This document shows, in pieces, positions 13,200-26,651 of a stretch of 64,000 bases of DNA. Source of the stretch: Octopus sinensis. Its lineage: Eukaryota. The DNA lies in NCBI RefSeq assembly GCF_006345805.1, contig NC_043003.1, positions 8,804,001-8,868,000 on the forward strand. The letters run 5' to 3'. The position numbers and the translations under genes were made by a program. The notes beneath the pieces were generated by a model that saw only the letters and a list, made by a program, of their open reading frames with translations, did not search any database and was not told where the DNA came from. Position 1 is the first letter of the stretch. Every line of letters begins with the position of its first letter.

Positions 13200-13565
13200 T
13201 TTCTTTTTTACTAAGGCATATTTTCCGTCAGTGTGCAGTGACTGTTTAAGGTAGGGGCGGCCGCGTGGTGGAATTTTGCTTCTCCTTTTCGGAGGACTTA
13301 TCTTTTGTTTTAATATCCCTGGCCCAGGGTGTTTTTTAAACTTGGTCTAAATTTTTTATGAAATACAGTTCTTTATTTTGGCGTTGTGTCTTCCCTTCCT
13401 TGGACTTTTCCTTTTTCTATGTTTCTGACTTTTCCTTTTTCTATGTTTCTGACGAAGAGCTCCGCTTTTTCTTTCCTTTCCTGAGCGTCCAATAAACACT
13501 ATACTTGTTCCACGCCCACGCGTGTGTTTGTTTTTCTTTGTGTTTCATGCTTGGATTAACTATAT
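13200..13565 (+). mobile_element. Penelope-like terminal repeat remnant with broken HHR
   Basis: CTGACGAAGAGCTCCGCT (core + stem II start; GAAA strand lost), then the tail CCTGAGCGTCCAATAAACAC..GGATTAACTATATA, homologous to 24310-24440. Confidence 0.5.
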
Positions 13566-13608
13566 AATATATATATATATATTATATATAGATATATTAT
13601 ATATATAT

Positions 13609-14478
13609 ATAGCTGGACGTACCCGGTTAATTCCCGGGAAATCGGGACTTATTCCTTGTTTTGCTATCCAATAAAACAATACAAAGTATGTAGCCTTAAA
13701 CTGTTTGGTACATTTACAGAGAATACAAAACTGTTTTACACAGTATCTTGTTTTTAGGAATTACCAGTAAGTTATGAATACCCAAATTCTGAAGCCAGTT
13801 ATGTAATAATATGAAATTAGTTATCCGATAGTAAGAATTCAAATAAAAGGGCTTTAGTACATTACCAGAGTATATAGAACATAGGAGGAAATACTAATAA
13901 GGCATGTATACTAAAATCGTGAAGCATGTTAGGTAATAACAGGCTAATCAGAAATGAGAAAATAACAATTCAAAGTAAATAACCTGAAAAGGGCTTTTGA
14001 GCATTCCCAGAGAGTATTACTCTGAGGGGCGCTAATGTTGGTATATTCGTGAATAAGTCCCTATCCAAAATAAGTGGATCTATTGTTTTGGAAAATACTA
14101 TTTACTTGTTTAAGGGTTGTACTGGATAAATTACGAAAATAGCTCTAACAGTTCAAATACTAAAAAATAAGCATACTCAATTTGATTTATACCAAATGAT
14201 TTAGTAAAATGAATGGATTATTTCCATTGGCTGTAAAAATTTGAGCGAATGGATTATTTCCCTTGGCTGTTAAAATGAAATATATTAGATATATATAAGG
14301 ATCCCTTCCAAGGGTCCTATTATCGAATTTTTTAACAATCTGAATATGTCATGAGGTTTCCAGACATGAGGTCTACTCACGTGTCACGTTTCATCAAAAT
14401 CGATAAAACGATGTAGGAGGAGTTAGCTAACAACACCACAAACACACCCACGAACAAAATCCCCTCCCCTATATATAT
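13609..14478 (-). mobile_element. Non-autonomous Helitron-like element
   Basis: Minus-strand 3' end has a CCCGG-7nt-CCGGG hairpin followed by TACGTCCAGCTA. The 5' end reads TATATATAGGGGAGGGG..GTGTGTTTGT..TCGATTTTGATGAAAC, typical of small animal Helitrons. Confidence 0.6.
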
Positions 14479-14674
14479 TCTTCTATTCTTTTATTTGTTT
14501 CAGTCATTTGACTGCGGCCATACTGGAGCACCGCCTTTAGTCGAGTTGAAGATTCTACTTTTACTGCAAAACAAGCCTTAATGGTCACTGATTATTCTCA
14601 GTTACTCAGAATGCACTGACGTTTGAGTTTACATGAACGTGCTGTGAGGTTGCGTATTATTTTATACGGATTTA

Positions 14675-15120
14675 GGGCGACGAGTTGGCAGAATCGTTAA
14701 CATGCCAGGCGAAATGTCAAGCGGTATTTTGACTGCCGCTACGTTCTCAGTTCACGTTCCGCCGAGGTCGACTCTGCCTTTCATCTTTCCGGGGTCGATA
14801 AATTAAGTACCAGTTATTCACTGAGGTCGATGTAATCAACCATCCCTCTCCTCTCAATTTCAGGCCTTGTGCTTCTAGTAGAAAGAATTATTTTATACAG
14901 ATTTAAGGTGGCGAGCTGGCAGAATCGTTAGCATGCCGGGCGAAATGCTTAGTGGTATTTTGTCTGTCTTCGCGTTTTGATTTCAAATGACGCCGGGGTC
15001 GACTTTGCTTTCATCCTTTCGGGGTCGATTAAATAAGTACCAGTTACGCACTGGGATCGATGTAATCTACTTAATACATGCCCCCAAATTTGAGTTCTTG
15101 TGCTTCCAGTTGAAAAGATT
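14675..15120 (+). mobile_element. Two adjacent SINE family 2 copies (14675-14885, 14905-15120)
   Basis: Each has a GGCG(A/G)CGAG(T/C)TGGCAGAATCGTTA head and the Meta-like core. Confidence 0.8.
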
Positions 15121-15179
15121 ATTTCATACAGGTTTACGTACTCGAAACCATCATATGGGACTTTTTTATATATATTTTT

Positions 15180-15490
15180 TATTTATGCGCCCTTTTCAAG
15201 CCTAGCCAGGCTCATGGGCCCGGTTTCCCGGTTTCTGTGGCGTATCTGTTCCCCCCAGCTGGACGGGACGCCAGTCCATCGCAGCGTTACTCAAGTAACA
15301 GGAAGAGAGAGTGAGAGAAAGTTGGGGCGAAAGAGTATAACAGGGGTCGCCACCACCCCATGCTGAAGCCTCGTGGAGCTTTTAGGTGTTTTCGCTCAAT
15401 AAACACACACAACACCCGGTCTGGGAATCGAAACCCCGATCCTAGGACCACGAGTCCGCTGCCCTAACCACTGGGACATTGAGCCTCCAC
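15180..15490 (-). mobile_element. SINE family 3 with tail type B
   Basis: Same head as 4760-5185, but the tail is CTGCGATGGACTGGCGTCCCGTCCAG..GAAACCGGGAAACCGGGCCC. Related copies lie at 16625-16928 and 37030-37230. Confidence 0.8.
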
Positions 15491-15531
15491 ATCATATGGT
15501 ACAGGTGAACAAATAGAAAAAAAAATTAAAG

Positions 15532-15714
15532 GTGCTTGGCTCCAACGAACGACGCAGACGAGTGTATTCTCTACAGGAAAAGGTAGAAGAACGGGTCCTG
15601 AAAATATGTGACAGTAGAAGCTTCGCTGCTGTGAGCCACTGGCTTGGTGTCAGTGAATCTGCTATTTGTTCCATAACAAGGGCGTTGTGTAATGACCCAC
15701 TTATCACTGATTAA
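15532..15714 (+). pseudogene. pogo/Tigger-like transposase N-terminal HTH (psq/CENP-B-like) fragment
   Basis: RRRVYSLQEKVE..VLKICDSRSFAAVSHWLGVSESAICSI matches the KRKxLTLxEK..GVxESTIxxI pattern. Confidence 0.6.
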
Positions 15715-15772
15715 TGCATCACTGTGCTTTGGGAACCTCCGTGATAAACGAGAATAGATGTACAATGTAGTA

Positions 15773-16596
15773 CAGAAGAACCTCGCATTGTGAGTGCCCC
15801 ATCGTACAAGTAATTTGCTGTACGAGCCGAGACTCGTGCGATTTTTTGTCTTGAAGTACGAGCGGAAATCCGCAATACGAGCACACAAATCGTCCCATCT
15901 TTAAGATAATTCTCTTAATAAAACCAGTTTACTCTTTCACTCTTTTACTTGTTTCAGTCATCTGACTGTAGCCATGCTGGAGCACCGCCTTTAGTCGAGC
16001 AAATCCACCCCAGCACTTATTCTTTGGAAGCCTAGTACTTATTCTATCGGTCTCTTTTGTCGAATCGCTAAGTTACGGAGACGTAACATCGGTTATCAAG
16101 CGATGTTGGGGGGACAACACAGATACACACACACACACATACGACGAGCTTCTTTCAGTTTCCGTCTACCAAATCCACTCACATGGTTTTGGTAAGCCCC
16201 AGGCTATAGTAGAAGACACTTGCCCAACAGTGGGACTGAACCCAGAACCATGTGGTTCGTAAGCAAGCTACTTACAGCACAGCCACTCCTACGCCTTATT
16301 TAAACACAGGAAAAATACCGTTAAGCATTTAGCCCTGCGCGCTAACGTTTCTGCCTGCTCGCTGCCCTGAGTTTTCATATTTCTTTTGCATTCTCTTTTA
16401 TACAATTGTGATTTTACGTGTAACTACACCTTTTCTGTTTTAAAACCCATAAGAAATTATTTTTGAGTAGTTTTGGGGGTCTAGAAAAGATTTAATTATA
16501 CTTTAGTTAATGGGGAAAATTGATTTGTAACACGAATAAATCGTAAAACGAGCTCGGTCATGGAACGAATTAAACTCGTTCTGCGAGGTATCACTG
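15773..16596. mobile_element. pogo/Tigger-like MITE with TA TSD, interrupted by a SINE
   Basis: TA-CAGAAGAACCTCGCA ... TGCGAGGTATCACTG-TA imperfect TIRs. A family 1 SINE is nested at 15932-16295 (-). Confidence 0.6.
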
Positions 16597-17169
16597 TATA
16601 TACGAAAATTACCTTCTAAGCATTGTTTGTTCCTTCTCGAGCCGCGTTTGGCTCATAAGGGCCGGTTTCCCGGTTTCCTTGGCGTATAGGTTCCCCACCT
16701 GGACGGGACGCCGGTCCGTCGCAGGTGAGCTGCAAGATGCAGGAGGAAAAGGTGAGAGAAAGTTGTGGCGAAAGAGTCAGCAGAAGTTCGCCATTACCTT
16801 CTGCCAGGGCCACATGGAGCTTAGGTTTTTTTGTTCATAAACACACACATCACCCGGTGTGAGATTCGAACCCGCGATCCCTCGACCGCGAGTCCGCTAC
16901 TCTAACCACTAGGCCATGTGCTTCCACCCTTCTAAGCATACCACCTAATTATCTTGCGATTCCTACTTGTAGCTATTAACGAAATTTGACAGACCGTATT
17001 TCGACTGTTTGTCAGCTTATTAATTCATCCAGCTTTTTTTTTTTTTATGAATGGAGACTGAGAAGTTCGACATCTCCATTCATACATCCTGTCTTTTTTT
17101 CTTTTTTATCTTCGCTTGCTTCAATCAATAGATGGCTTGCAGCCATACTGGGGCGCAGTAAGCATTATC

Positions 17170-17400
<231 letters not shown>

Positions 17401-17543
17401 GTCTGTCTGTCTGTCGTCTGTCTATCTCCATAAATATATACATACATATATAATTATACACCACACACATATGTATATATGAATATATATTAATATATAT
17501 ATATATATATATATTATATTATATATATATATATATATGGTCT

Positions 17544-17578
<35 letters not shown>

Positions 17579-17761
17579 TATATAATATTGTGTGTGTGTG
17601 TGTGTGTGTGTTGTACATATAATACAACTGATTGCAACTGTGGCACATAGCCTTGGTAATTTGGGGCAGAAACCTAAGATTGTTTACACACAAACACACA
17701 CACACACATATTTATACATAGACATATACGTGGATACATATATATACATATATATGTACAT

Positions 17762-18006
17762 ATTTATATATAGAGGGCATTATACATACATGCCAGAGGC
17801 AGTATACATACATGCCTCACGCTAAGAGGGACAATTAGTCATTTCTACCAAAAATTTACTAATCCCACCGAATGCAATTTTTCAAAAATTGCATTCGGTG
17901 GGATTAGTAATATTTTTGGTAGAAATGACTAATTGTCCCTCTTAGCGTGAGGCATGTTATGTATATGCCTTCTGGCATGTATGTATAATGCCCTCTATAT
18001 ATAAAT
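17762..18006. repeat. Near-perfect ~120-bp-arm palindrome with 1-nt spacer
   Basis: ...CCCACCGAATGCAATTTTT C AAAAATTGCATTCGGTGGG..., centred on 17883. Confidence 0.9.
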
Positions 18007-18228
18007 TAATATGTTCAATAGAAATATTATTTTCGAAATTTTTTCTCTATGAGGTTTTCACGCTATTACTACCTGACAATTTCTTGTTAAGTTCCTTATT
18101 AAGTAGTTGTCCTTAATTGCTAAATTTTATATATGTACATATATAATATATATATATAATATAGATATATATACATATATATTACATCTATATTGTACAT
18201 AATATATATATATATAGATATATATTAT

Positions 18229-18292
<64 letters not shown>

Positions 18293-18480
18293 ATATACAT
18301 ATATATATTTACATATATATAATATATATACCATATATATATTATATATATAATATATACTAAGCCAATAAGGGTTTAGCAACGAATTGCCTTACCACAT
18401 ACCGAATTGCCTTACCACATCCGAATTTAGAATATATATATATATATATATTATAATATATATAATATATAATATATATA

Positions 18481-18519
<39 letters not shown>

Positions 18520-18637
18520 TATATCTACATATATATATATATATACACATATATATATATATATCTATATTATACTAAGCAATAAGGTTTAGCAACGAAT
18601 TCCTTACCACATACCGAATTTAGAAATAGCAGTCAAG

Positions 18638-18737
18638 NNNNNNNNNNNNNNNNNNNNNNNNNNNNNNNNNNNNNNNNNNNNNNNNNNNNNNNNNNNNNNN
18701 NNNNNNNNNNNNNNNNNNNNNNNNNNNNNNNNNNNNN
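18638..18737. other. Assembly gap (100 N)
   Basis: Run of N. Confidence 1.
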
Positions 18738-19179
18738 TGGTGGTGGTTAGTGCGTGAGTGGGTGACTTGATGCTGAAGCTGTTTATAAATGGAAAATTTT
18801 TTTCTCCAGTAATCTTTGAATCTTAGCCAGCGCCAGCTTCTATCTTCCTCCCACCCAGCTTGTAAGCTAATTCGTTTTTTTTTTTTTTTTGAAAGAAGAA
18901 AAGAAAAGCATGAACCTCACGACTTCCTATTTTTCTTTCCCCATCATTATTGATATTTTTCCCTAAAAATAAATATATAATTGAAGGTTCCTATACGCCA
19001 TTTGAAAGATACCGATGTTTAAAACTGATGCTATCGTGGTTTGACTGTTTGTTTGTAGCTGCTGTTCTGGTTCCGAGGCTATTTTTGCTTTCTGCTTTTT
19101 TTTTTTTTTATCCCCATCAGCATCACATTGGTTCGATTATACTCCAATGTCGACTTATCCACTAGCTCACTATTAACTC

Positions 19180-19408
19180 TTTACTCTCTTTTACTCTTTT
19201 ACTTGTTTCAGTCATTTGACTGCGGCCATGCTGGAGCACCGCCTTTTAGTCGAGCAAATCGACCCCAGGACTTATTCTTTGTAAGCCTAGTACTTATTCT
19301 ATCGGTCTCTATTGCCGAACCGCTAATGTTACGGGGACGTAAACACACCAGCATCGGTTGTCAAGCGATGTTGGGGGGACAAACACAGACACAAACATAT
19401 ACACACAC

Positions 19409-19464
<56 letters not shown>

Positions 19465-19625
19465 CATATATACGACAGGCTTCTTTCAGTTTCCGTCTGC
19501 CAAATCCACTCACAAGGCTTTGGTCGGCCCGAGGCTAGAAGACACTTGCCCAAGGTGCCACGCAGTGGGACTGAACCCGGAACCATGTGGTTGGTAAGCA
19601 AGCTACTTACCACACAGCCATTCCT
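19180..19625 (-). mobile_element. SINE family 1, near full length
   Basis: Matches 463-853, with a (GAGTAAAA)n tail. Confidence 0.85.
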
Positions 19626-19943
19626 ACGACTAGGAATGTTATTATAACTGTTATTGTTATTTATATCATATTCGACATTGTTCCAAATTCCACGTGTCCC
19701 CAGTTTTGTATTATCCCTATTTGTTTTGTGTTCGGCCCTTGTGGTCAATAAATATATCATTATTATTTTTTTTTCTTTCTTTCTTCAAATTTTCTTCCAT
19801 TTCTCGCCGGGTGTTTTCCGTACTCCTGGGGCAGAGAAGCTCATTGTATGCATTCCCAGATTACACACGCAACATCACATGTAAAATATGTATTTAAAAA
19901 AAGGAATAAATAGATAAATTTATTATTATTATTATTATTATTA

Positions 19944-19969
<26 letters not shown>

Positions 19970-19974
<5 letters not shown>

Positions 19975-20185
19975 TAGTTTTATTTTTATAGCGTGCTTTC
20001 ACTTCACTACCGAGCGCATCTCTGTGTGCCTTGGGTATGTGCTGTGATTTGTTGTGATCTCTCTGATGGTTATTGTATTGAAAATGTTCTGCGTAGGATG
20101 TGTGCAGTGCCTAATAGTGCCATTTTCTGTATGTTATATGTGTTTGTAAGTCCTGGTGTTTTTGTTATGTATTTGTCTGAATATT
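19970..20185 (-). pseudogene. R4/Dong-clade non-LTR retrotransposon 3' end in a (TAA)n tract
   Basis: Minus strand encodes ..IQKMALLGTAHILRRTFSIQ* (conserved R4/Dong C-terminus), followed by a short 3' UTR and (TAA)n. Confidence 0.75.
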
Positions 20186-20186
20186 A

Positions 20187-20252
<66 letters not shown>

Positions 20253-20686
20253 CATCATCATTATCATCATCATCATCACCATCATCATCAGTCATCATTA
20301 TTATTATTATTATTACTATTATTATTATTATTATTATTGAGATGTCGTACTGTATCTAATATCATGATGTTCAGAGACTGAATGGATCAACTCTGAATAT
20401 GCTTTTCTATGCAAGAGGAGAGAGAGCAATTGGAAGGGTGCTCTTTCCTATGCCTGGGAGATAGCAGAGTAATCCTGGATTTTTGTGGGTGTTTTACCCC
20501 AGATTACCCTAAATGGACTTCTCTGCAATTGAGGATTCTATTATTTATTTATTTAATTTCTATTATATATCGTCTGGTATATCCTTTAATGTGGTAGTGT
20601 CTCGCCTTCACTGATGTTAACCCCACATGGTTGTGCTGTAACTCGTCCTTCGATATTGCCTTACACGTCATGGCCAATAAAAGAAA

Positions 20687-20769
<83 letters not shown>

Positions 20770-21026
20770 TAGAGAGCAGCGCATACCATCAAAGTGACAC
20801 TGGGGTAAAATATATGAAGCCCAGTATACCCATCATGACTACCCGTCTGATAAGGGTACACCTGGCACATGCATCACAACCATATGCACGCGAAATAGTG
20901 ATCCCATATCAAGATAAACAGCGCATGACCTTGCAGGTGGGGTCCAGTTAGAATTTCCTTCAGGTCGAGTAGCCCATCCTGCTCAAAAGGTCCTTCAACA
21001 AGATTTGTTTAAGGATGATGAACGAA

Positions 21027-21059
<33 letters not shown>

Positions 21060-21390
21060 AGGGTAAAGACCCCCTTCGGTCATGAATGACCATGGGATTG
21101 CACCTAGAAAGTTACCCTCCTAGACACAAGTCCGGGCAAGGTTGTTTTATGGAAGGCCAGCAGTCGCCCATGCATACCAGCCTCCCCTCTCCACGCCACC
21201 AGTGTTATCCAAGGGAAAGACAAAGGTCGATACAGCTTGGCACCAGTGACGTCGCAACTCATTTCTACAGCTGAGTGAACTGGAGCAACGTGAAATAAAG
21301 TGCCTTGCTCAAGAACACAACACGCAGCCCGGTCCGGGATTCGAGCTCACAACCTCACGATCGTAAGCTCGACGCTCTAACCACTGAATT
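21060..21390 (-). mobile_element. tRNA(Arg)-like CORE SINE with tail type A
   Basis: CAGTGGTTAGAGCGTCGAGCTTACGATCG..CTCGAATCCC head, CORE-like TTGTGTTCTTGAGCAAGGCACTTTA, and a tail shared with 4760-4950. Confidence 0.8.
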
Positions 21391-21448
21391 ATTATTATTA
21401 TTATTATTAGTGTTGTTGTTGTTGTTGTTGCTGTTATAATCATTATCA

Positions 21449-21499
<51 letters not shown>

Positions 21500-21500
<1 letters not shown>

Positions 21501-21700
21501 GGCGGCGAGCTGGCAGAATCGTTAACAACACCGGACAAAATGTTTAGCGGCATTTCATCCGTCTCTACGTTTCTGCGTTCAAATTCTGCCGAGGTTGACT
21601 TTGCCTTTTACCCTTTCGGGGGTCGATAAATTAAAGTACCAGTGAAACACTGGGGTCGATGTAATCGCCTTAATACCCTCCTGCGAATCTTGTGCCAGGA
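21500..21700 (+). mobile_element. SINE family 2
   Basis: GGCGGCGAGCTGGCAGAATCG head + Meta-like core. Confidence 0.8.
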
Positions 21701-21984
21701 TATGAGGCTATTGTTGTTATTCTGAGTGGTTGTATTTCGTCCTTCCTATCTTGTCCTCCGTGTCCTGGGCGTTTGTGGCTAATGAAGAAATCATTAATAT
21801 TATTATTTGATCAGCCTGTTCGTTCTTGAATTATTTTTTTAATGATACTATAACCATGCATCTCTCCCTCACTCTTTTCTCTTCGCTCTTCTCCCTCATC
21901 CTTCATCCCCACTTCCCCTCTCTCTCTCTCTCTCGCTTTCACTCTTTCGCTCTCTCTCTCCTCTCTCTCGCTTTCACTCTTTCG

Positions 21985-22039
<55 letters not shown>

Positions 22040-22177
22040 GCTCGCTTGCTCTTTCTCCATCTTTCTCAATGATAAACATTATCGCACGTGAGAAAATAAA
22101 TTTGACCTTTTCTAGATAAGTGTCATTCAATCAATCGGTAACCTACGTTTGCAGACAACAAAGTGTGTTGTGTGTGG

Positions 22178-22208
<31 letters not shown>

Positions 22209-22472
22209 TGTGTGTGTATGTGTGCGTATACTCTTTTACTTGTTTCAGTCATTTGATGCGGCCATGCTGGAGCACCGCCTTTAGTCTACCCCCAGGACTT
22301 ATTCTATCGGAAGGAACAGAAAATGCAACATGTTCCCGATGTCTCTTAGTAGACGTAAGTGAAATGAAATATTTATAAATACATAGGAAGAAAACTCACC
22401 ACATACTTGCTTCACAAGAAATAAACACTTCGATTTCTTTCTCCTCGTTGCGTGTCCAGACATGTGTATGAT

Positions 22473-22531
<59 letters not shown>

Positions 22532-22533
22532 AT

Positions 22534-22930
22534 ACTCTTTTACTTGTTTCAGTCATTTGACTGCGACCATGCTGGAGCACCACCTTTAGTCGAGCAAATC
22601 AACCCCAGGACTTATTCTTTGTAAGCCTAGTACTTATTCTATCGGTCTCATTTGCCGAACAATTGTTACGGGGACGTAAACACACCACCATCGGTTGTCA
22701 AGCGATGTTGGGGAGACAAACACAGACACACAAACATATACACACACATACATATATATACATATATACGACGGGCTTCTATCAGTTTCCGTCTACCAAA
22801 TCCACTCACAAGGCTTTGGTCGGCCCGAGGCTATAGTAGAAGACACATGCCCAAGGTGCCACGCAGTGGGACTGAACCTGGAACCATGTGGTTGGTAATC
22901 AAGCTACTTACCACACTGCCACTCCCACAC
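22534..22930 (-). mobile_element. SINE family 1, full length
   Basis: Matches 463-853. Confidence 0.85.
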
Positions 22931-22931
22931 C

Positions 22932-22963
<32 letters not shown>

Positions 22964-23364
22964 TGTATGTATGTATGTATGTATGTGTGCGCGTGTGTAT
23001 TTATGTTTTATTTTAATCCGATCAACCCCCTTGCTACTCTCAGTGTTGCCTGTGGGTGCTCTGGGTCACGACTGCACACCCAGTGTTGTCACAGAAGAAA
23101 CTCAGGATACGGAGCTCTCTTTATTTTTCTTCCAACAATAATCATTAAACGCGCGCGCGCGTGTGCATAAATATGTAAATACATATGTACGTACAAATAC
23201 ATATATATATATAACAGTATATATACATGTATGTAAAAATATACACACATGCATATATGTCTGTGAGTGTGTGTAAATGTATATGTATTTTAAACGTTTA
23301 TGTACGTAAATATATGAGTATATATGTGTGTATGTATGTGTTTATGGATAGAGAAAGAGAGAGT

Positions 23365-23403
<39 letters not shown>

Positions 23404-23420
23404 TAGATAGATAGATAGAT

Positions 23421-23461
<41 letters not shown>

Positions 23462-23880
23462 GGATGGATGGATGGATGGATGGATGGATGGATGGATGGA
23501 CAGACAGATACGAAAATATATGCAAATGGAGGGTCTTTAAAGCCTTTTATAGAATTTAGAATAACTCATATTTTTCTGAAAGTGATGAGGAAACAAAGTC
23601 TGATTCTAGGTGTGCTGCAATGTAACTTGAGTATAATTTTTTTCCTCCTTTTTAGCTATTTTTCTTGTTCAGGTGTGCCGCCGAATTTTCGAAAAGAATA
23701 TAAGTGTACTGCAAGTGGAAAAATGTTGCGGAGCTCTGCTCTGTACGATCCGAAACGTATTAATTGAAAATTTTATTTCCAGGCATTCATTTTCTAGAAA
23801 GTTATGAAGAAACAAAGTCGAAGTGGGAGATGCACAGATCTGTAATGAAGCTGTATTTATATTCGCTTCAAGCGATTATT

Positions 23881-23924
23881 CTGTGCTGATGAAGGGAAAT
23901 AACGCAGAAACCACTGGTACACAG
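23881..23924 (+). ncRNA. Minimal type I hammerhead in a Penelope-like repeat (23870-24062)
   Basis: CTGTG CTGATGA AGGGAAATAACGCA GAAA CCACTGG TA CACAG; same family as the arms at 48564-49011. Confidence 0.6.
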
Positions 23925-24169
23925 ATATTGCTTTGGGCTGAGTTAGGGCACTAGCTCCCTTGTTATCAAATATGAGGACGCAGTTAGTGCGTCGAAAGCC
24001 AGTTGGAGACGATGTTTTCCTGGGGCTAAATAGCAGTAACATTCGTCTTTACGTTGGCAAATAAACTTATATTTTCTTCAATCTCTTCTTTTACGTTACA
24101 CATATACACTCACACGCGCCATACTCACATACACACGCTTGCGCCCCTTAGTTCGTTGTAGTCACCATT

Positions 24170-24440
24170 AATTTTACCGTTATTATTGTTATCTTCCTTT
24201 CATTCAACCTCTTATTTCTACTTATCCCGCCATATTGGACCGTTGAACTCTACACAATATCTCTCTCTCCGTTTTTGTTTTTTCATTCTCTCACCAATTT
24301 TCCCTCTTAATACTTTCTTTCGAAGAGCGTAGGCTCGAAACGTAAAAGTCTTTTCCATTTTTCCCGAGCGTTAAACTAATACACCAGCTTGTTGTTCCTA
24401 CACCTGTCTTAGTCTTCTGTCTTCTGTAAATTTGAACTAT
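24170..24440 (+). mobile_element. Penelope-like terminal repeat fragment with variant/decayed HHR
   Basis: CTTT CTTTCGA AGAGC GTAG GCTC GAAA CG TA AAAG: stems are intact but the first core strand deviates. A T-rich tail runs into (TA)n. Confidence 0.5.
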
Positions 24441-24444
24441 ATAC

Positions 24445-24505
<61 letters not shown>

Positions 24506-24723
24506 TACATACATACATATGTATACATACATACCAAACGTGACCAACGGCCATCTGCCTTTTTTCTTTCACTTCCTTCTTAAAGACAAAACGTGCTTTT
24601 GTCTATGTCTTCTCAAAGATCGTTTTTCCAGCGTTCAACACTTCACCTCCTTATGGCTTATCAGTCCTCACCGTTTGTTTTTACTGTTTTGTTCTTACTG
24701 TCCTGTTTTTGTTGTCATTTTAA

Positions 24724-24846
24724 CCCTCCGCAGAATATCCCGAATTTTATTTAATTTGCTTTGCGGGAAGGACTGTTATAACGAAGTCGCGTCTTGTCCC
24801 TACCTTCGAAACGCCGAGTAGATAAAACGGGACAACTGATGAAAGG
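24724..24846 (+). ncRNA. Candidate non-circularly permuted hammerhead ribozyme, copy A
   Basis: CCCT-[CCGCA..TGCGG]-GAAGG..GCG TC^TTGTCCC TA CCTTC GAAA CGC..GGGACAA CTGATGA AAGG; see findings. Confidence 0.7.
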
Positions 24847-25333
24847 AATGTACTTTATACTGCCTGTCTCGTTTCTCTATTTGTTTCTTTCGTTGTTCGA
24901 AAAAAAGTTTGTTTTCTATGTTTTTGTTTTTTATGTTCTCGTTGCTCATTTTGTTCACGTTTTCTATGTCCTGTACCTACATATGCATGTATACATACAT
25001 ATATATGTAGATATGTACATATATGTATGTATATAAACTTAGATAAACTGAGATATGTTTCGACCAAAGATTGGTCCAGGCCATGTCTAACTTAATAGCA
25101 CCACCTGATAGGATTATTTGAATCCTGCTTAAGTCAAGTTTTGTTTATGGTCCATTCAAGTAGTGAGCTTTTGTTGGGTGAGTTGTATCCAATTATGGGT
25201 GGCTTATCTGGTATTCCTTGAAGGAATCTATCCAGACTCCGTTTAAAGTTGATGGGATCCTTTTCCGCTTTGATCTCTTTCGGGACAATGTTAAATAGGG
25301 CAGGGCCTGTTGAGGAAAAGAAATTATGTTGCA

Positions 25334-25388
<55 letters not shown>

Positions 25389-25414
25389 TCAAAAGCAGCA
25401 AAAATATCACAAAA

Positions 25415-25454
25415 ACTGTTATTCAGAGTTTCACGTTCCCGTTCGTCGAACAGT
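25415..25454 (-). ncRNA. Decayed minimal type I hammerhead-like motif
   Basis: ACTGT TCGACGA ACG GGAA CGT GAAA CTCTGAA TA ACAGT. Stems I and II pair; the core and stem III carry substitutions. Confidence 0.35.
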
Positions 25455-25596
25455 TTTGTTTAGAATGGAACAGAAATGAAGTTATAAGCAAACATATACA
25501 ATTAGTTGTATATGTCTGTATAATTGTATATAATTGTATATGTTTGTATTCGAGTACTATTTATTCCACCTTGTTTCACATTTATGTGCCTACTCT

Positions 25597-25632
<36 letters not shown>

Positions 25633-25987
25633 TAGTTATCGCAATACTAATATGGTAGTCTATAAATATAAGACTAAAGCTGTCGCTGATTAGCTCCAAG
25701 AGGCCATCGCTTCTAGCTAGCTGTTTTACACACGAACCTGCGTCCATTACAAACCTTCGAACAGGTCAGCCGCTTCACCTTGCTAGTCAGACATCTTCAG
25801 TTATGTTTCAGGGTTGTTGCCCTTTATCAATGCAGCGTAGTCAGACCCGCAGGTGTCGCTACTGACCGTCTGTTCGAAGATTTTATTTACCTAGTTACAG
25901 TGGAATACATCCACTTGTTTTCAATAATAGAAATATTAAAATTACTAAGTCTCTCTAAAGGAGATTACGGCAGCGTTACTGGATATT

Positions 25988-26058
25988 ACCACTACGCCAT
26001 ATGCCCATGAGCATATGGCTACTAACCCCAAGATTCCGAGTTCGATTCCGGGCAGTGA

Positions 26059-26143
<85 letters not shown>

Positions 26144-26210
26144 CAACATCGAAAATACCTTAAGAATGTAAATAATGTACATAATTCCTCATCTCTTAAA
26201 TATAGAACTG
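25988..26210 (+). mobile_element. tRNA-headed (AAT)n element, internally deleted copy with inverted head fragment
   Basis: Homologous to 56768-57068 but lacks the HHR segment. 25988-26006 is the reverse complement of the head. Confidence 0.7.
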
Positions 26211-26260
26211 TAGTACGAGCTAAGTTTAGTGCCTTAAAAAGGAGTTAATTCACTAGGTTC

Positions 26261-26294
<34 letters not shown>

Positions 26295-26620
26295 TGTATG
26301 TATGTATGTATGTATGTATGTATTGCCAAGTTGCCAGTCCCTGTGCTATTAGAATCCATATATGGGGGCTCATGTTAGTATCTAAGGGGCCCACCCCCTC
26401 AAATCTGGGAATTGTCTTATTCACTCCTGGAAGAATGCATTAATTATTTTAGCCTGGCTATGATTGTAGACAGTTGAAAACAACACTTTAAACAAAAATA
26501 AATTAAATGATAGCATTGTAGTTGTGGGTGGACCCTTGTAGTTGCGGGTGGGCCCCCTTAGTTTCCTGGCAACCAATATTTTTAGATTCAGTCCGTCACT
26601 GTATGTATGTATGTATATGT

Positions 26621-26650
<30 letters not shown>

Positions 26651-26651
<1 letters not shown>

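Noticed and set aside
18360-18637. Direct repeat AGCAATAAGGTTTAGCAACGAATT..CCGAATTTAGAA flanking a (TA)n tract
   Set aside because: It is immediately next to the N gap and differs by indels; likely a contig-end artefact.
22310-22465. Donor-like sites GTAAGT (+) and GTGAGT (-) in a unique island
   Set aside because: The short reading frames have no recognisable protein and are bounded by repeats.
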